Of a stretch of 37,878 nucleotides of DNA, positions 1-9,052 are shown one piece after another. Within the stretch, counting starts at the first letter, position 1, and every line of letters starts with the position of its first letter. This DNA is from a virus (Duplodnaviria > Heunggongvirae > Uroviricota > Caudoviricetes). Below the pieces are notes generated by a model, which saw only the letters and a list, made by a program, of their open reading frames with translations, did not search any database and was not told where the DNA came from. A program made the position numbers and the translations under genes. The stretch lies in IMG/VR virus record IMGVR_UViG_2654587996_000002; one strand, given 5' to 3'.

Positions 1-267
1 ATGAGGGTATCCAGACAAGCATCGAATAATTTGTTTGTTCGAGAGGGGTGTGACTGGTCTGCTAAAGCGGTATATGCAGCCCTTGAAAACAAAGGCACAG
101 ACCTCCCTGAACTGGAAAGGGAGTTAGGATTAAAAAGCGGATCAATGCGCAATGTGTTTTACCGCCAGTGCCGTAAATACGAAGCCGCCATCGCCGAAAA
201 AATAGGGGTTGAACCTGCTGTAATCTGGCCCAGCAGATACCAGGTGGACGCCAGAGAAGTGGCTTGA
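1..267 (+). CDS. ner: Ner-like DNA-binding protein (early transcription regulator), possibly 5'-partial at window edge
   Basis: C-terminal EPAVIWPSRYQ matches the Mu Ner / Nlp signature (Mu Ner ends ...KPEVIWPSRYQAGE); lies directly upstream of the transposase. Confidence 0.8.
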   Translation: MRVSRQASNNLFVREGCDWSAKAVYAALENKGTDLPELERELGLKSGSMRNVFYRQCRKYEAAIAEKIGVEPAVIWPSRYQVDAREVA

Positions 268-277
268 TGGGGGATGT

Positions 278-2368
278 ATGTGGGTAACAGCAAAAGAATG
301 TGTTGGTCTTCCTGATTTACCAATGATGGAACATAACATTCGCCATCGACTCACAAAAGCAGCTGCGGGAAATGCAGCCATGTTACGCAAACGTAAGGGG
401 ACAAAAGCAATCGAATTTAATATCGATTGTTTGCCTTCTGGCGCACAACAAGTATTGCGTGAACGTTATGCCCTGCAACTGATGACGCAAAAAGCCGATG
501 AATCACCGGCTCCGGTGGTGACAAAGGCCAGACGCTCACCTGCCGTGGTTGATGCGGTGGAGGCATATCGCGGATCACCCCAACTGATGGTCGAACGCCT
601 CAATGCCCTGACTGAAAACCAACGTAAAGTGGCAGAGGCACGAATAGCGATCGTCAGCGAGGCGCTGAAAATCGCGCAACAACCCGGCTTTAGTTGCGCT
701 AAGGCTATCCGGTTCCTCGTTAACAGCCTGGCACGATCACAACTGGACGAACGCATTGTGGCAATGGTTGAAACGGCGAACGCCAAAAAGGGAAACAGCC
801 GCGTGTTGAGTGAAATAACGCTGAAACGCTGGATTGCGGCCTTTAACAAGGCACAGAACGCCGCTGAACGCCTGCTTTTACTGGCACCGGGTAAACGCCA
901 GGAAATAAAAGCCGAAGATATTAGCTGGTTGCCCGAGTTTCTGGCGCAGTATCGCCAGTCAAACGGCCGACCAATGACCGAGGCTTACGAGGATTTTGTT
1001 GCTGAATGGCAGCACCGGCACGCTGATGAGCCTTATATGCTCGATATCATGCCCTCTTATGACACCATTCGCCGCGCGATGAAGAAACTGCCGGAAGTGG
1101 TGAAACAAAAAGGCCGGGTGACCGGCAGTGAATACCGCCAGCTTGAGGGATTCACGCGCCGCGACTGGTCAAAAATGCCGGTGAATTATGTCTGGATTGG
1201 TGACGGTCACGGCATGAAGCTGAAATGCGCGCACCCGGTTCACGGGCGGCCATTCGCACCGGAAGTGACCTTTGTTATCGATGGTGGCACGCGCTTTGTG
1301 GTGGGCTGGAGCCTTGACCTGGCTGAAAATGTTTTCGCCGTAGCCGGTGCCATACAGCACGGCATTCGCCATCACGGCAAACCGTTTCTGTATTACTCGG
1401 ATAATGGCTCCGGGGAAACCGCCGACATCCTGGATAAGGAGATTGTGGGGATCCTGCCACGACTGGGGATTAATCACCCGACAGGGATTGCCGGTAACCC
1501 GCAGGGACGGGGCATTATCGAACGGCTTAACCGCACATTACCGATGCGCATAGCCCGTAAATACCGCACCTATTTCGGGAAAGGTGCAGATCGCGAGACG
1601 TTACGTAAAACCAACCGCGATTTACGCTCGGCATTCACTGCCCTGCAACAGGGCAAGCGGCTGAACGCCCGGCAGCAGTCAGCGATGCGTGATTTACCGT
1701 CCTGGTCTGAACTGATTGATGCCATTCGTGACGGCGTTGAGTGGTACAACAGCCGGCCGCACGATGAATTACCCATGAAGCCGAACGGCAAACATTACAG
1801 CCCGGCGGAGTTCAGAAAAAAACGCCTGGCGGAAGAGGACACGGAAATTGAATGGCTGTCCGATGTTGAACTGCGGGACATGTTCCGGCCGATGGTGGAA
1901 CGCCCTGTAAGACGCTGTGAAATACGCTGGCTGAATAATATTTACTACGCGCCCGAGCTGCGTGATGAACATGGCCGCAAAGTGCTTATCAGCTATGACA
2001 TTCATGATGCCGAACGAATTACCGTGCGTCGCCCGGATGGCAGCGTGATTTGCGAGGCGGTATGGGACGGCAATAAACGCGAAGCCTTCCCGGTCAGCGC
2101 AGAATACTACAAACAGCAGCAGCGCCTTAAAGGTATGCGTAAACGCGCAGAGGAAAAAATCCGTGATGCCGAGGATGAGGTTGTCAACGTGCTGGAGCAC
2201 AAGCCACAGGAGCCATGGCTGGAAAATATATACCGCCCTGTGGGTAATACAGTGACCGTTCAGCAACCGGTCGCTGAGGATGAACCTGATGAAGAATACG
2301 AGCGTAATTTCCAGCGGGGATTGCAGCTGCTTGAAGCGAAATTAAAAGAAAATGACCCTCTGGCCTGA
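278..2368 (+). CDS. Mu-type DDE transposase A
   Basis: 696 aa; N-terminus MWVTAKECVGLPDLP resembles Mu A (ELWVSPKECANLPGLP); size and position after ner match Mu A. Confidence 0.9.
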   Translation: MWVTAKECVGLPDLPMMEHNIRHRLTKAAAGNAAMLRKRKGTKAIEFNIDCLPSGAQQVLRERYALQLMTQKADESPAPVVTKARRSPAVVDAVEAYRGSPQLMVERLNALTENQRKVAEARIAIVSEALKIAQQPGFSCAKAIRFLVNSLARSQLDERIVAMVETANAKKGNSRVLSEITLKRWIAAFNKAQNAAERLLLLAPGKRQEIKAEDISWLPEFLAQYRQSNGRPMTEAYEDFVAEWQHRHADEPYMLDIMPSYDTIRRAMKKLPEVVKQKGRVTGSEYRQLEGFTRRDWSKMPVNYVWIGDGHGMKLKCAHPVHGRPFAPEVTFVIDGGTRFVVGWSLDLAENVFAVAGAIQHGIRHHGKPFLYYSDNGSGETADILDKEIVGILPRLGINHPTGIAGNPQGRGIIERLNRTLPMRIARKYRTYFGKGADRETLRKTNRDLRSAFTALQQGKRLNARQQSAMRDLPSWSELIDAIRDGVEWYNSRPHDELPMKPNGKHYSPAEFRKKRLAEEDTEIEWLSDVELRDMFRPMVERPVRRCEIRWLNNIYYAPELRDEHGRKVLISYDIHDAERITVRRPDGSVICEAVWDGNKREAFPVSAEYYKQQQRLKGMRKRAEEKIRDAEDEVVNVLEHKPQEPWLENIYRPVGNTVTVQQPVAEDEPDEEYERNFQRGLQLLEAKLKENDPLA

Positions 2369-2443
2369 AATAAAAAAATAACCCGAGCGGCGACTCAGGT
2401 TATTTGATTAAACAAAGGAACTACACAAACGCGAGGTAATAAT

Positions 2444-3376
2444 ATGACCGATATAAACGATGTAATCAAGACCATTGATGAACTTATTGATGGCGGCGTA
2501 CTGACGCAGTATGCCATCGCCAGAGAGGCGGGAATTTCCGACGGCACATTATCGGCTTTCCGTAAGGGAAAATATAAAGGTGATAACGCTGCTGTGGCTG
2601 CTTCCCTGCGTTCCTGGTATGAGAACTGGAATAAACAAAGCGCACTGCCGGAACCGCCGCAGTTTGTGGAAACGCAGACAGTCCAGGAGCTGCGCGCGCT
2701 GTTTCAGGCGGTTCGCCTGATGGGCTGTATTAACGTCATTGTGGGCGTACCGGGTGTGGGTAAAACGGCCACGGCCCGCAATTACTGTCAGGAGCAACCG
2801 AACACCTGGATGATCACCCTGTCGCCCGCGCATTCCAGCGTCACGGAGTGTATGCTGGAGCTGGCAGAGGAACTGGGGATTGATTACACCCGCGCGAACA
2901 AGGGGGCGTTATCCCGCGCCATCCGCCGTCGCCTGATGGGAACGCGTGGACTGGTGATTGTTGATGAGGCGGATCATCTTGGTATTGACGGTCTGGAACA
3001 ACTGCGTGCAATCCAGGACGCCACGGGGATCGGGATGGTGCTTATTGGTAACCCGCGCGGACTGTTTAAGGGTGGACGCCGCACCGTTGATGATTTATCG
3101 CGCCTGTTCAGCCGTCTTGCCCGTACAAAACAACTTCGCAAGGCCAAAAAGGCGGATGTGCTGGCTATTGCCAGGGCATGGGGGATTAGTGGTGAGGCCG
3201 AGCTGGCTGTCATGCAGGCTATCGCTGAAAAGCCGGGAGCCTTACGCGTTCTGACACATACGCTTAACCAGGCGTGGATCACCGCCAGCGGTGAAGGTGC
3301 CGCGCTGACAGAAAAACATATTAATGCGGCCTTTAAAGAGGTTTATACCAACCCTGAATTACTCTCACAGGTGTGA
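2444..3376 (+). CDS. Mu B-like ATP-dependent target DNA activator (AAA+)
   Basis: 310 aa with Walker A GVPGVGKT and Walker B-like LVIVDEAD; N-terminal HTH-like region; immediately downstream of A. Confidence 0.88.
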   Translation: MTDINDVIKTIDELIDGGVLTQYAIAREAGISDGTLSAFRKGKYKGDNAAVAASLRSWYENWNKQSALPEPPQFVETQTVQELRALFQAVRLMGCINVIVGVPGVGKTATARNYCQEQPNTWMITLSPAHSSVTECMLELAEELGIDYTRANKGALSRAIRRRLMGTRGLVIVDEADHLGIDGLEQLRAIQDATGIGMVLIGNPRGLFKGGRRTVDDLSRLFSRLARTKQLRKAKKADVLAIARAWGISGEAELAVMQAIAEKPGALRVLTHTLNQAWITASGEGAALTEKHINAAFKEVYTNPELLSQV

Positions 3377-3378
3377 TT

Positions 3379-3600
3379 ATGGCTGCATTTAATATTCCTG
3401 ATATCTACGGACGCTTTTACCTAGTGAATTTCGATAACGTGAAAGTGATTTCACTGGCCGAAAATAAAGAATGTGGCGATTTACTTTTTGAATTTAATGA
3501 CCGCACGCGAATGGTGATATCTGCCGGACTTGATCGCGAAGGTGCGACAGAGGTTTACAGTGGAATATGCCGTTCTGTTGGTGCAAAACAAGTCAGCTAA
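3379..3600 (+). CDS. hypothetical early protein (73 aa), in the slot occupied by kil in Mu
   Basis: ATG overlaps the B stop (TGATTATG); positional analogy only, no recognisable motif. Confidence 0.45.
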   Translation: MAAFNIPDIYGRFYLVNFDNVKVISLAENKECGDLLFEFNDRTRMVISAGLDREGATEVYSGICRSVGAKQVS

Positions 3601-3612
3601 ATGAGGTGTTAT

Positions 3613-3867
3613 ATGAATATGCAATCCTGCGGTAACAAAATGAATTTATTCGACTCCCTGAACAGCGCACGCCGTCTGACTGAACTTGCCGGTGCAGTGC
3701 TGGAGCGCAGCAAACGCTACCCACAACGTTATGCCCTGAAAACCACGCCGCCGGTAAACGAAGTTAAGGGAACCGGTGAAATTGAAATCACTGTTCAGAC
3801 CAATGGCCTGCGCCGCCGTGTAAAAGCCACCCGCATAAGCGGATGTACGGTCTACTGGGAAGTATGA
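3613..3867 (+). CDS. hypothetical early protein
   Basis: ORF with GAGG 6 nt upstream of ATG 3613; tight packing in early operon. Track start 3601 is an alternative. Confidence 0.4.
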   Translation: MNMQSCGNKMNLFDSLNSARRLTELAGAVLERSKRYPQRYALKTTPPVNEVKGTGEIEITVQTNGLRRRVKATRISGCTVYWEV

Positions 3868-3941
3868 AGTTACTTCATGGTTCGGCTCTGTCATCAGGTC
3901 AGACGCCGGATGAGTTATTAAGACGAAATGAGGACAACAGG

Positions 3942-4235
3942 ATGAGAAAAGTACGCGTTATTTTTGAATTTAACCACGTAATGCATGAAGTAAAGCCAGC
4001 CGGTAATGATAGTCAGGAAATCACGGAGGGGGTTACTGCCACTGTAAAAATCGAACGTGATACGGAGAACAGACCGACAGGACCCTGTGATGTTTATGCT
4101 CAAATTCTTAAATATCACAGCCCCACAATTATTCAGTTTCTGACAGATGAACTTCAGGGTTCCATGCAGGCTCTGGGGGTGAAAAGCAGCATTGAGCGCC
4201 GTTCTTTGCAGAACGCACCAGATACATTGCAATAA
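3942..4235 (+). CDS. hypothetical early protein
   Basis: AGGA 7 nt upstream of internal ATG 3942; track ORF begins 3843, so start uncertain. Confidence 0.4.
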   Translation: MRKVRVIFEFNHVMHEVKPAGNDSQEITEGVTATVKIERDTENRPTGPCDVYAQILKYHSPTIIQFLTDELQGSMQALGVKSSIERRSLQNAPDTLQ

Positions 4236-4246
4236 GGAAAAACAAA

Positions 4247-4777
4247 ATGGCAAAACGCGTTACAAAATTAAAGGCCGCAGCCGAGGCCGCACCGCAGACC
4301 CGCGAAGAAGTCAGCCGTGATATCCGCACCCTGGGCGATATTCAGCGAGAGGCGCTGCGCCTGGAAACGGCAATGAATGACGAGGTGGCTGAAATCACCG
4401 CCCGTTATACGCCGCAGATTGAAAATCTTAAAAAGCAAATCAAAGTGCTTTTTAAAGGGATTCAGGACTGGTGCAAAACCAACCGGGATGAGCTGACGAA
4501 CGGCGGCAAAACCAAAACAGCCAATCTGACCACCGGAACGGTGTCATGGCGGCTGGGAACGCCATCATGTAGCGTCAGCCGTGATGTGGAAGGTGTGATT
4601 GAAATGCTGCGCCGTATGGGGCTTGAGCGATTCATCCGCACGAAAGAGGAAGTGAACAAGGAAGCCGTCCTGGCGGAGCCGGATGCAGTGAAAGGCATTG
4701 CCGGTATTAAGGTGAATAAAGGCGCTGAAAGTTTTTATGTCGAGCCTTTTGAACAGGACGCCGGACTGAATAAATAA
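4247..4777 (+). CDS. gam: Gam host-nuclease inhibitor (Mu Gam / Ku-like DNA-end binding)
   Basis: 176 aa; motifs LETAMNDEVAEIT, WCKTNRDELTNGGKTKTANL and GLERFIRTKEEVNKEA align closely with recalled Mu Gam. Confidence 0.9.
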   Translation: MAKRVTKLKAAAEAAPQTREEVSRDIRTLGDIQREALRLETAMNDEVAEITARYTPQIENLKKQIKVLFKGIQDWCKTNRDELTNGGKTKTANLTTGTVSWRLGTPSCSVSRDVEGVIEMLRRMGLERFIRTKEEVNKEAVLAEPDAVKGIAGIKVNKGAESFYVEPFEQDAGLNK

Positions 4778-4874
4778 CACCGCATTAAATCTTTAAATAT
4801 CACATCGTTTTAAGTATGGCGCTCGCGTCAGGGGACTGCTTGCGCCTGAAAGCTGAAAATAAGGAATCGGAAAT

Positions 4875-5417
4875 ATGGCATATTTTTATTTCAAATTAGA
4901 CCGTGTGCAGACAAATAAATATTTCACCAAATATCAACAGACTGTTTTACCGCTACGCAACAGTATTCTTCGGGCATTACTGAAAAATACAGGCGCTGCC
5001 GGATTGCGCTTAAAGCCGTTCGCCATGGACAGAGTCAGTGAGTTTTATTTTGCCGGTGCTCTGCCTGCGGGCTGGCGTAAGCGCGATGATGTGGCTTTTA
5101 TCGGGGACGGACAGTGCTTTATTGCCAGACCTGATGAGTTATGCCCTGAAGGACCGGCGATTGCCGCAATGGTTGAAGCCGCTGAACGCGATTTAAGAAA
5201 ACATCCTGATTTCCTTGTCTGGCTCTGTGAAAAGCTGGGGGTAATGAGAATCCCCTCCATGTTTAACACGGACTCCTGGTGGACCCCGTCGCTCTCCCGT
5301 GATGCTCTGTGTGTGGTGTTTAAAGTAGGCGCTTATGGCAGGGAAATAAACGGGTGTATTCCTGAAGAATGCCAGGAAATTAAACATTCTGAATATGTGG
5401 CGCTTACGGAGGAATAA
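4875..5417 (+). CDS. hypothetical early protein (180 aa)
   Basis: ORF preceded by 97-nt intergenic gap; AT-rich 5' end; no recognisable domain. Confidence 0.5.
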   Translation: MAYFYFKLDRVQTNKYFTKYQQTVLPLRNSILRALLKNTGAAGLRLKPFAMDRVSEFYFAGALPAGWRKRDDVAFIGDGQCFIARPDELCPEGPAIAAMVEAAERDLRKHPDFLVWLCEKLGVMRIPSMFNTDSWWTPSLSRDALCVVFKVGAYGREINGCIPEECQEIKHSEYVALTEE

Positions 5418-5420
5418 TTC

Positions 5421-5954
5421 ATGATTGATGCAAAAGTGCTTGAAGGGGTTAAAAACTGGCTGAGTATTTACGGACGTCTGACCTGCGGTGTACTGGCTGA
5501 AAAAATGAATATGCCGCCATCCTCCATGGTTTATTTTCTGCGTGATGCGGTTGATGCAGGCGTGCTGACGGAATGTAACGGTTTTTATGATATTCCGCGT
5601 CCCCGCCCGGTGCAGCCGGTTCGTCGCAAATGCAGCCAGGAATGTGCGGCTGATGATGTTCAGTGGTGCAGCTTCAGAAAATCCCTGCCGTGGATTGAGG
5701 GGCATGATATTCCGTCGATGGCGTGGGAATTTGCTCAGGGCGTTCTGACCTGTGAAACCGTTTATGTGGTGGCTGAAGTTGATGAGCAGGCCATGAAAGA
5801 AGGCGTACCCCAGTTTGTGATGGCGTATATCGACATTCGCCTGGGTGTCATTATCTGCGGTTTAAGCGGCTGGAATATCACCGCGCGTGTTCTGCGCTAC
5901 CTGATTGTTGACCGGACAGCAGCGCCTGCCGGGATATCTGCGGAGGTGGCGTAA
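5421..5954 (+). CDS. hypothetical early protein, possible N-terminal winged-helix
   Basis: GGAGG 8 nt upstream of ATG; 4-nt gap from previous gene; Cys-rich middle region. Confidence 0.5.
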   Translation: MIDAKVLEGVKNWLSIYGRLTCGVLAEKMNMPPSSMVYFLRDAVDAGVLTECNGFYDIPRPRPVQPVRRKCSQECAADDVQWCSFRKSLPWIEGHDIPSMAWEFAQGVLTCETVYVVAEVDEQAMKEGVPQFVMAYIDIRLGVIICGLSGWNITARVLRYLIVDRTAAPAGISAEVA

Positions 5955-6469
5955 TGTTCTTTAAAACATCAAACCCTTCCGCGCTGGCTGCGTGGCAAAA
6001 ATACCAGCAGGACTGCCAGAAAGTTAAGGATGAGGCAAAACGCCTTGAGGCCGTGCTGAATGTTGCGTGCCGGTCGGTATTTGTATCCGGTATCAGTGGA
6101 TTTTGTTTTAAGGGGCTGCGCTTTATGGATGACAAATATCCTTTTCATCGCGACTTATGGAGAAAACCGACTGCGTCGAATGGCTGGAGCTGCACGCCGC
6201 GCACATCACGTATCCCTAAAACCCTGCGTGTTGCCTCTGATGAACTGAACATTCTGTGGCGTGAATATTCGCCCGTCACGTATGCCAGAACCGATGCCCT
6301 GTTGTTCTGGCTGGGCATTGACTTCTCAGCAATATTGTATGGTCCCGTGAACTGGTTCTGCGTTGACAATGTGATTTATCTTCAGTGCGAAGATGATTCC
6401 GCAAAACGGAAAATGACCGAAATTCTGTCTGATGAGTTTTATGCTGCTGAAAAGCGAGTCAGGGGGTGA
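5954..6469 (+). CDS. hypothetical early protein (171 aa)
   Basis: Start overlaps previous stop (TAATG); no recognisable domain. Confidence 0.5.
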   Translation: MFFKTSNPSALAAWQKYQQDCQKVKDEAKRLEAVLNVACRSVFVSGISGFCFKGLRFMDDKYPFHRDLWRKPTASNGWSCTPRTSRIPKTLRVASDELNILWREYSPVTYARTDALLFWLGIDFSAILYGPVNWFCVDNVIYLQCEDDSAKRKMTEILSDEFYAAEKRVRG

Positions 6470-6472
6470 TGC

Positions 6473-7024
6473 ATGATGAAATTACAACCCATGGGACGAA
6501 AAGGTCGCGCCCCCGCTCATGTCCGTCCGTGGATACCTGAAGAAGATGCGCTGCTGATTGCGCTTTATTCATCCACCCCGGTTAAGGATATTGCTGCCAG
6601 AATAAAAAGAACTGTCTGGGCTGTATATAACCGGACTGGTGTATTGCGCAGTTCATACCCGGAGTTACTGAAATATAAACACCCCAGATTTACACCTGAT
6701 GAAGATAAGTTTATTCGAAAAAATGCCAGAACAATGACCTGCCAGCAAATGGGAGAATATCTCGGACGTAATAAAGATTCTGTCAGATGTCGGGCAGGAA
6801 TGATTGGTGCCGGATTAACAAAGTGCGGAGAGTTACGCCCCGGCACGCGCATATCTGATGATGATGTCCGTCTCATACGTGCGCTGCGTGATTCCGATTA
6901 CCCACGCCGTCTGTCATTCCGGGAAATTGGCGAAAAGTTTGGAATATCTGAACATTCTGCTCACGCAGTTTATTACCGTCGCCGGACCGCCGAGGACGCT
7001 GTATTACGGGAGTTAACGCCATGA
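6473..7024 (+). CDS. putative DNA-binding protein with tandem Myb/SANT-like or HTH repeats
   Basis: Three repeats of similar pattern: WIPEEDALLIALY...IAARIKRTVWAVYNR, FTPDEDKFIRKNARTMTCQQMGEYLGRNKDSVRCRAG, ISDDDVRLIRALRDS...FREIGEKFGISEHSAHAVYYRRR. Confidence 0.5.
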   Translation: MMKLQPMGRKGRAPAHVRPWIPEEDALLIALYSSTPVKDIAARIKRTVWAVYNRTGVLRSSYPELLKYKHPRFTPDEDKFIRKNARTMTCQQMGEYLGRNKDSVRCRAGMIGAGLTKCGELRPGTRISDDDVRLIRALRDSDYPRRLSFREIGEKFGISEHSAHAVYYRRRTAEDAVLRELTP

Positions 7025-7206
7025 TAAAGCGACTTATACTTTTCGCAATTATCGTTCCAATTGGGGTGGTTGGTTTTATATTTTCGGTTACAGGAAATCT
7101 GTCCATGATGCCAGATATATGGTTCTTTATCAGGATGTCGCTCTTCCTGTTTATTATGAATCTTCTTATCGACATATATATCCGTATTACTGGAAAACAT
7201 AAATGA
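7021..7206 (+). CDS. small membrane protein, two predicted TM helices (61 aa)
   Basis: Hydrophobic stretches LILFAIIVPIGVVGFIFSV and IWFFIRMSLFLFIMNLLIDIYI; ATGA overlap with upstream gene; visibly AT-rich. Confidence 0.5.
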   Translation: MIKRLILFAIIVPIGVVGFIFSVTGNLSMMPDIWFFIRMSLFLFIMNLLIDIYIRITGKHK

Positions 7207-7577
7207 GAAAAATTACGTCCTTGTCAGCGTTACAGGAGATGAATATGAGTATTGAATTAAGATCGTCTTATGGATATAGAAAAATTCTCATCGCCGGAGG
7301 CATGAAACCGGAAGATGTGGAAAAAATCGTTTCTTTTATGGATAAGGAGTATGACAAACTGGATGTGCCAGAAATTATTATGGATGACATGATTCTGGAT
7401 TCAGTCGTGGCGTTAAGTCCGTTATGGATTGTGCATTCTCTTGCGGAAATTGCCAAAGGCACCGATAAACAGGCAGCTGTTGCTGCCCTTCAGACGCTTA
7501 ATGAAATGCGTATATCTCCACGCCCGGCATTAATACAGATGATTCTGTCCAGTATGGAGGATAAAGTAAATGAATAG
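7203..7577 (+). CDS. hypothetical soluble protein (124 aa) in AT-rich cassette
   Basis: Overlaps upstream stop (AAATGA); translationally coupled. Confidence 0.5.
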   Translation: MRKITSLSALQEMNMSIELRSSYGYRKILIAGGMKPEDVEKIVSFMDKEYDKLDVPEIIMDDMILDSVVALSPLWIVHSLAEIAKGTDKQAAVAALQTLNEMRISPRPALIQMILSSMEDKVNE

Positions 7578-7767
7578 TCTATCCGCTGGATGGGCGCGCC
7601 CTCTGATGGCTAAGAAGCATCATTTTTTTAAAACAGGCGATAATATCAGTATATGTAGGCGGTGGTTATATCTGGCTCATAATCGCGAGCCGGATACATT
7701 TGAAAGCCCTGATGACTGTGCCGAATGCCGCAGAAGACTGAATAAGGAGAAAGATAATGGACAGTAG
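7570..7767 (+). CDS. hypothetical small Cys-containing protein, possible zinc ribbon (65 aa)
   Basis: Cys pattern ICRRW ... CAEC; overlaps neighbours on both sides. Confidence 0.4.
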   Translation: MNSLSAGWARPLMAKKHHFFKTGDNISICRRWLYLAHNREPDTFESPDDCAECRRRLNKEKDNGQ

Positions 7768-8053
7768 TTCGCAGTTGTTCTGGTGTTTATATATCACATC
7801 GTTTTTCGGTGCATTCGTCATTACACGATGGCTGTGCCGGAAAGTTATCAGTATTTTTCATAAAAAATACCTGATTGGGCTGGCGACGACTTCTCTGATT
7901 AATGCACTTGCCAGATATCATAAGGGGGAATACTACTCAAGAATAAAAACTGATGATGGTTTTAATATTTTTGTGATTCCTCCGGAGTATCGGGTTCAGC
8001 TCGATCGGGAAAATAATATCTATCATATCAGCAGGAGTGTTGATACAGCATGA
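7757..8053 (+). CDS. hypothetical membrane-anchored protein (98 aa)
   Basis: AGGAG 7 nt upstream of ATG; N-terminal hydrophobic segment LFWCLYITSFFGAFVIT; stop overlaps start of next gene. Confidence 0.5.
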   Translation: MDSSSQLFWCLYITSFFGAFVITRWLCRKVISIFHKKYLIGLATTSLINALARYHKGEYYSRIKTDDGFNIFVIPPEYRVQLDRENNIYHISRSVDTA

Positions 8054-8559
8054 GAGGGAAACTGATATCCGCTATTCATGTGGCAAAGCGCGAGCTTGCC
8101 CTGGATGATGAGATCTACACATCCGTACTACTGGAAGCCACCGGCAAAACCAGTTGCCGGGATATGTCACCGGATGAGTTATCCCGCGTGCTGGATGTTT
8201 TCAAAAAACGCGGTTTTAAAGTGCGTCAGAAACCGGTTAACCGGGCCTTAAAACCGGGTACGGTGACCGCCAAAATTCGCGCCATCTGGAAGGTGATGCA
8301 CCGGCAGGGCTTTATCTCTGATGGCGGGGAAACAGCCCTTAACCACTGGGTGAAATCGCAGACGGCCGCGCAGAACGGCGGCGAAGGTGTGGCTAACTGG
8401 CAGTGGCTGGAACAACAACCCGCACTGGCCTCGGATGTGCTGGAGCGTCTCAAACGCTGGCACCGCCGCAAGATGCTGGATGTGCTGGGGATGTCAGCGC
8501 GTACAGTGATGAGTTATGAGCACGTTTGCAGGCTGTATGAAGAATCCTCCCCCTTTTAA
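8050..8559 (+). CDS. gemA: GemA / Mu gp16-like regulatory protein (DUF1018-like)
   Basis: N-terminal pattern KLISAIHVAKRELALDDEIY...LEATGKTSCRDMSPDELSRVLDVFKKRGF resembles Mu gp16 family; last gene before the early terminator. Confidence 0.65.
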   Translation: MRGKLISAIHVAKRELALDDEIYTSVLLEATGKTSCRDMSPDELSRVLDVFKKRGFKVRQKPVNRALKPGTVTAKIRAIWKVMHRQGFISDGGETALNHWVKSQTAAQNGGEGVANWQWLEQQPALASDVLERLKRWHRRKMLDVLGMSARTVMSYEHVCRLYEESSPF

Positions 8560-8563
8560 CCCC

Positions 8564-8594
8564 AAATCCCGCCACAGCGCGGGATTTTTATTTT
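8564..8594 (+). terminator. Rho-independent terminator at end of early operon
   Basis: Hairpin ATCCCGC-CACAGC-GCGGGAT followed by TTTTATTTT, directly after the GemA-like stop. Confidence 0.75.
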
Positions 8595-8629
8595 AAACTT
8601 GCCCTGTGTAATGATGACCGGAGGCGGGT

Positions 8630-9052
8630 ATGGCTGAAACACAGATGAGCATGTTTGGTGACAGCGAACAGCTGCACGCGCTGATTGACCGTCTGGATGA
8701 TATTCCTGATGATGAGCTGAAAAAGAACTGGCCCGGCACGCTGCGGGACCTGGTTGATGTGATAAGTGCTGAACTGCACCGTCAGGGGATTGAACCTGCT
8801 CAGGCGGGAATGCTTGCCCGTAAAGTTGCGGCCGCACAGGCCGGGTACATGGGCGGGCGTGGTTATTATCTCCCGGTTGGTGAATCCCTTTTCACCGAAC
8901 TGCGCAATAATGAAATTTTTTCCCGCTGGAGCCAGGGCGAAAAAATTGAAACCCTGCGCCGCCACTACCAGATGTCAGAGACGCAGATTTACTCCGTTAT
9001 CCGCAACCAGCGTCGCCTGCATCAGGAGCGCACGCAGCCCCGGCTTTTCTGA
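8630..9052 (+). CDS. Mor/C-family transcriptional activator (middle/late gene activator)
   Basis: 140 aa; GGRGYYLPVG ... IETLRRHYQMSETQIYSVIRNQRR matches Mor/C family pattern (GG..YIP.G ... C-terminal HTH); GGAGG RBS; follows early terminator. Confidence 0.75.
   Translation: MAETQMSMFGDSEQLHALIDRLDDIPDDELKKNWPGTLRDLVDVISAELHRQGIEPAQAGMLARKVAAAQAGYMGGRGYYLPVGESLFTELRNNEIFSRWSQGEKIETLRRHYQMSETQIYSVIRNQRRLHQERTQPRLF

Noticed and set aside
1769-2266. 165-aa minus-strand ORF inside the transposase gene
   Set aside because: Lies wholly within the transposase coding region on the opposite strand; no RBS; likely chance ORF.
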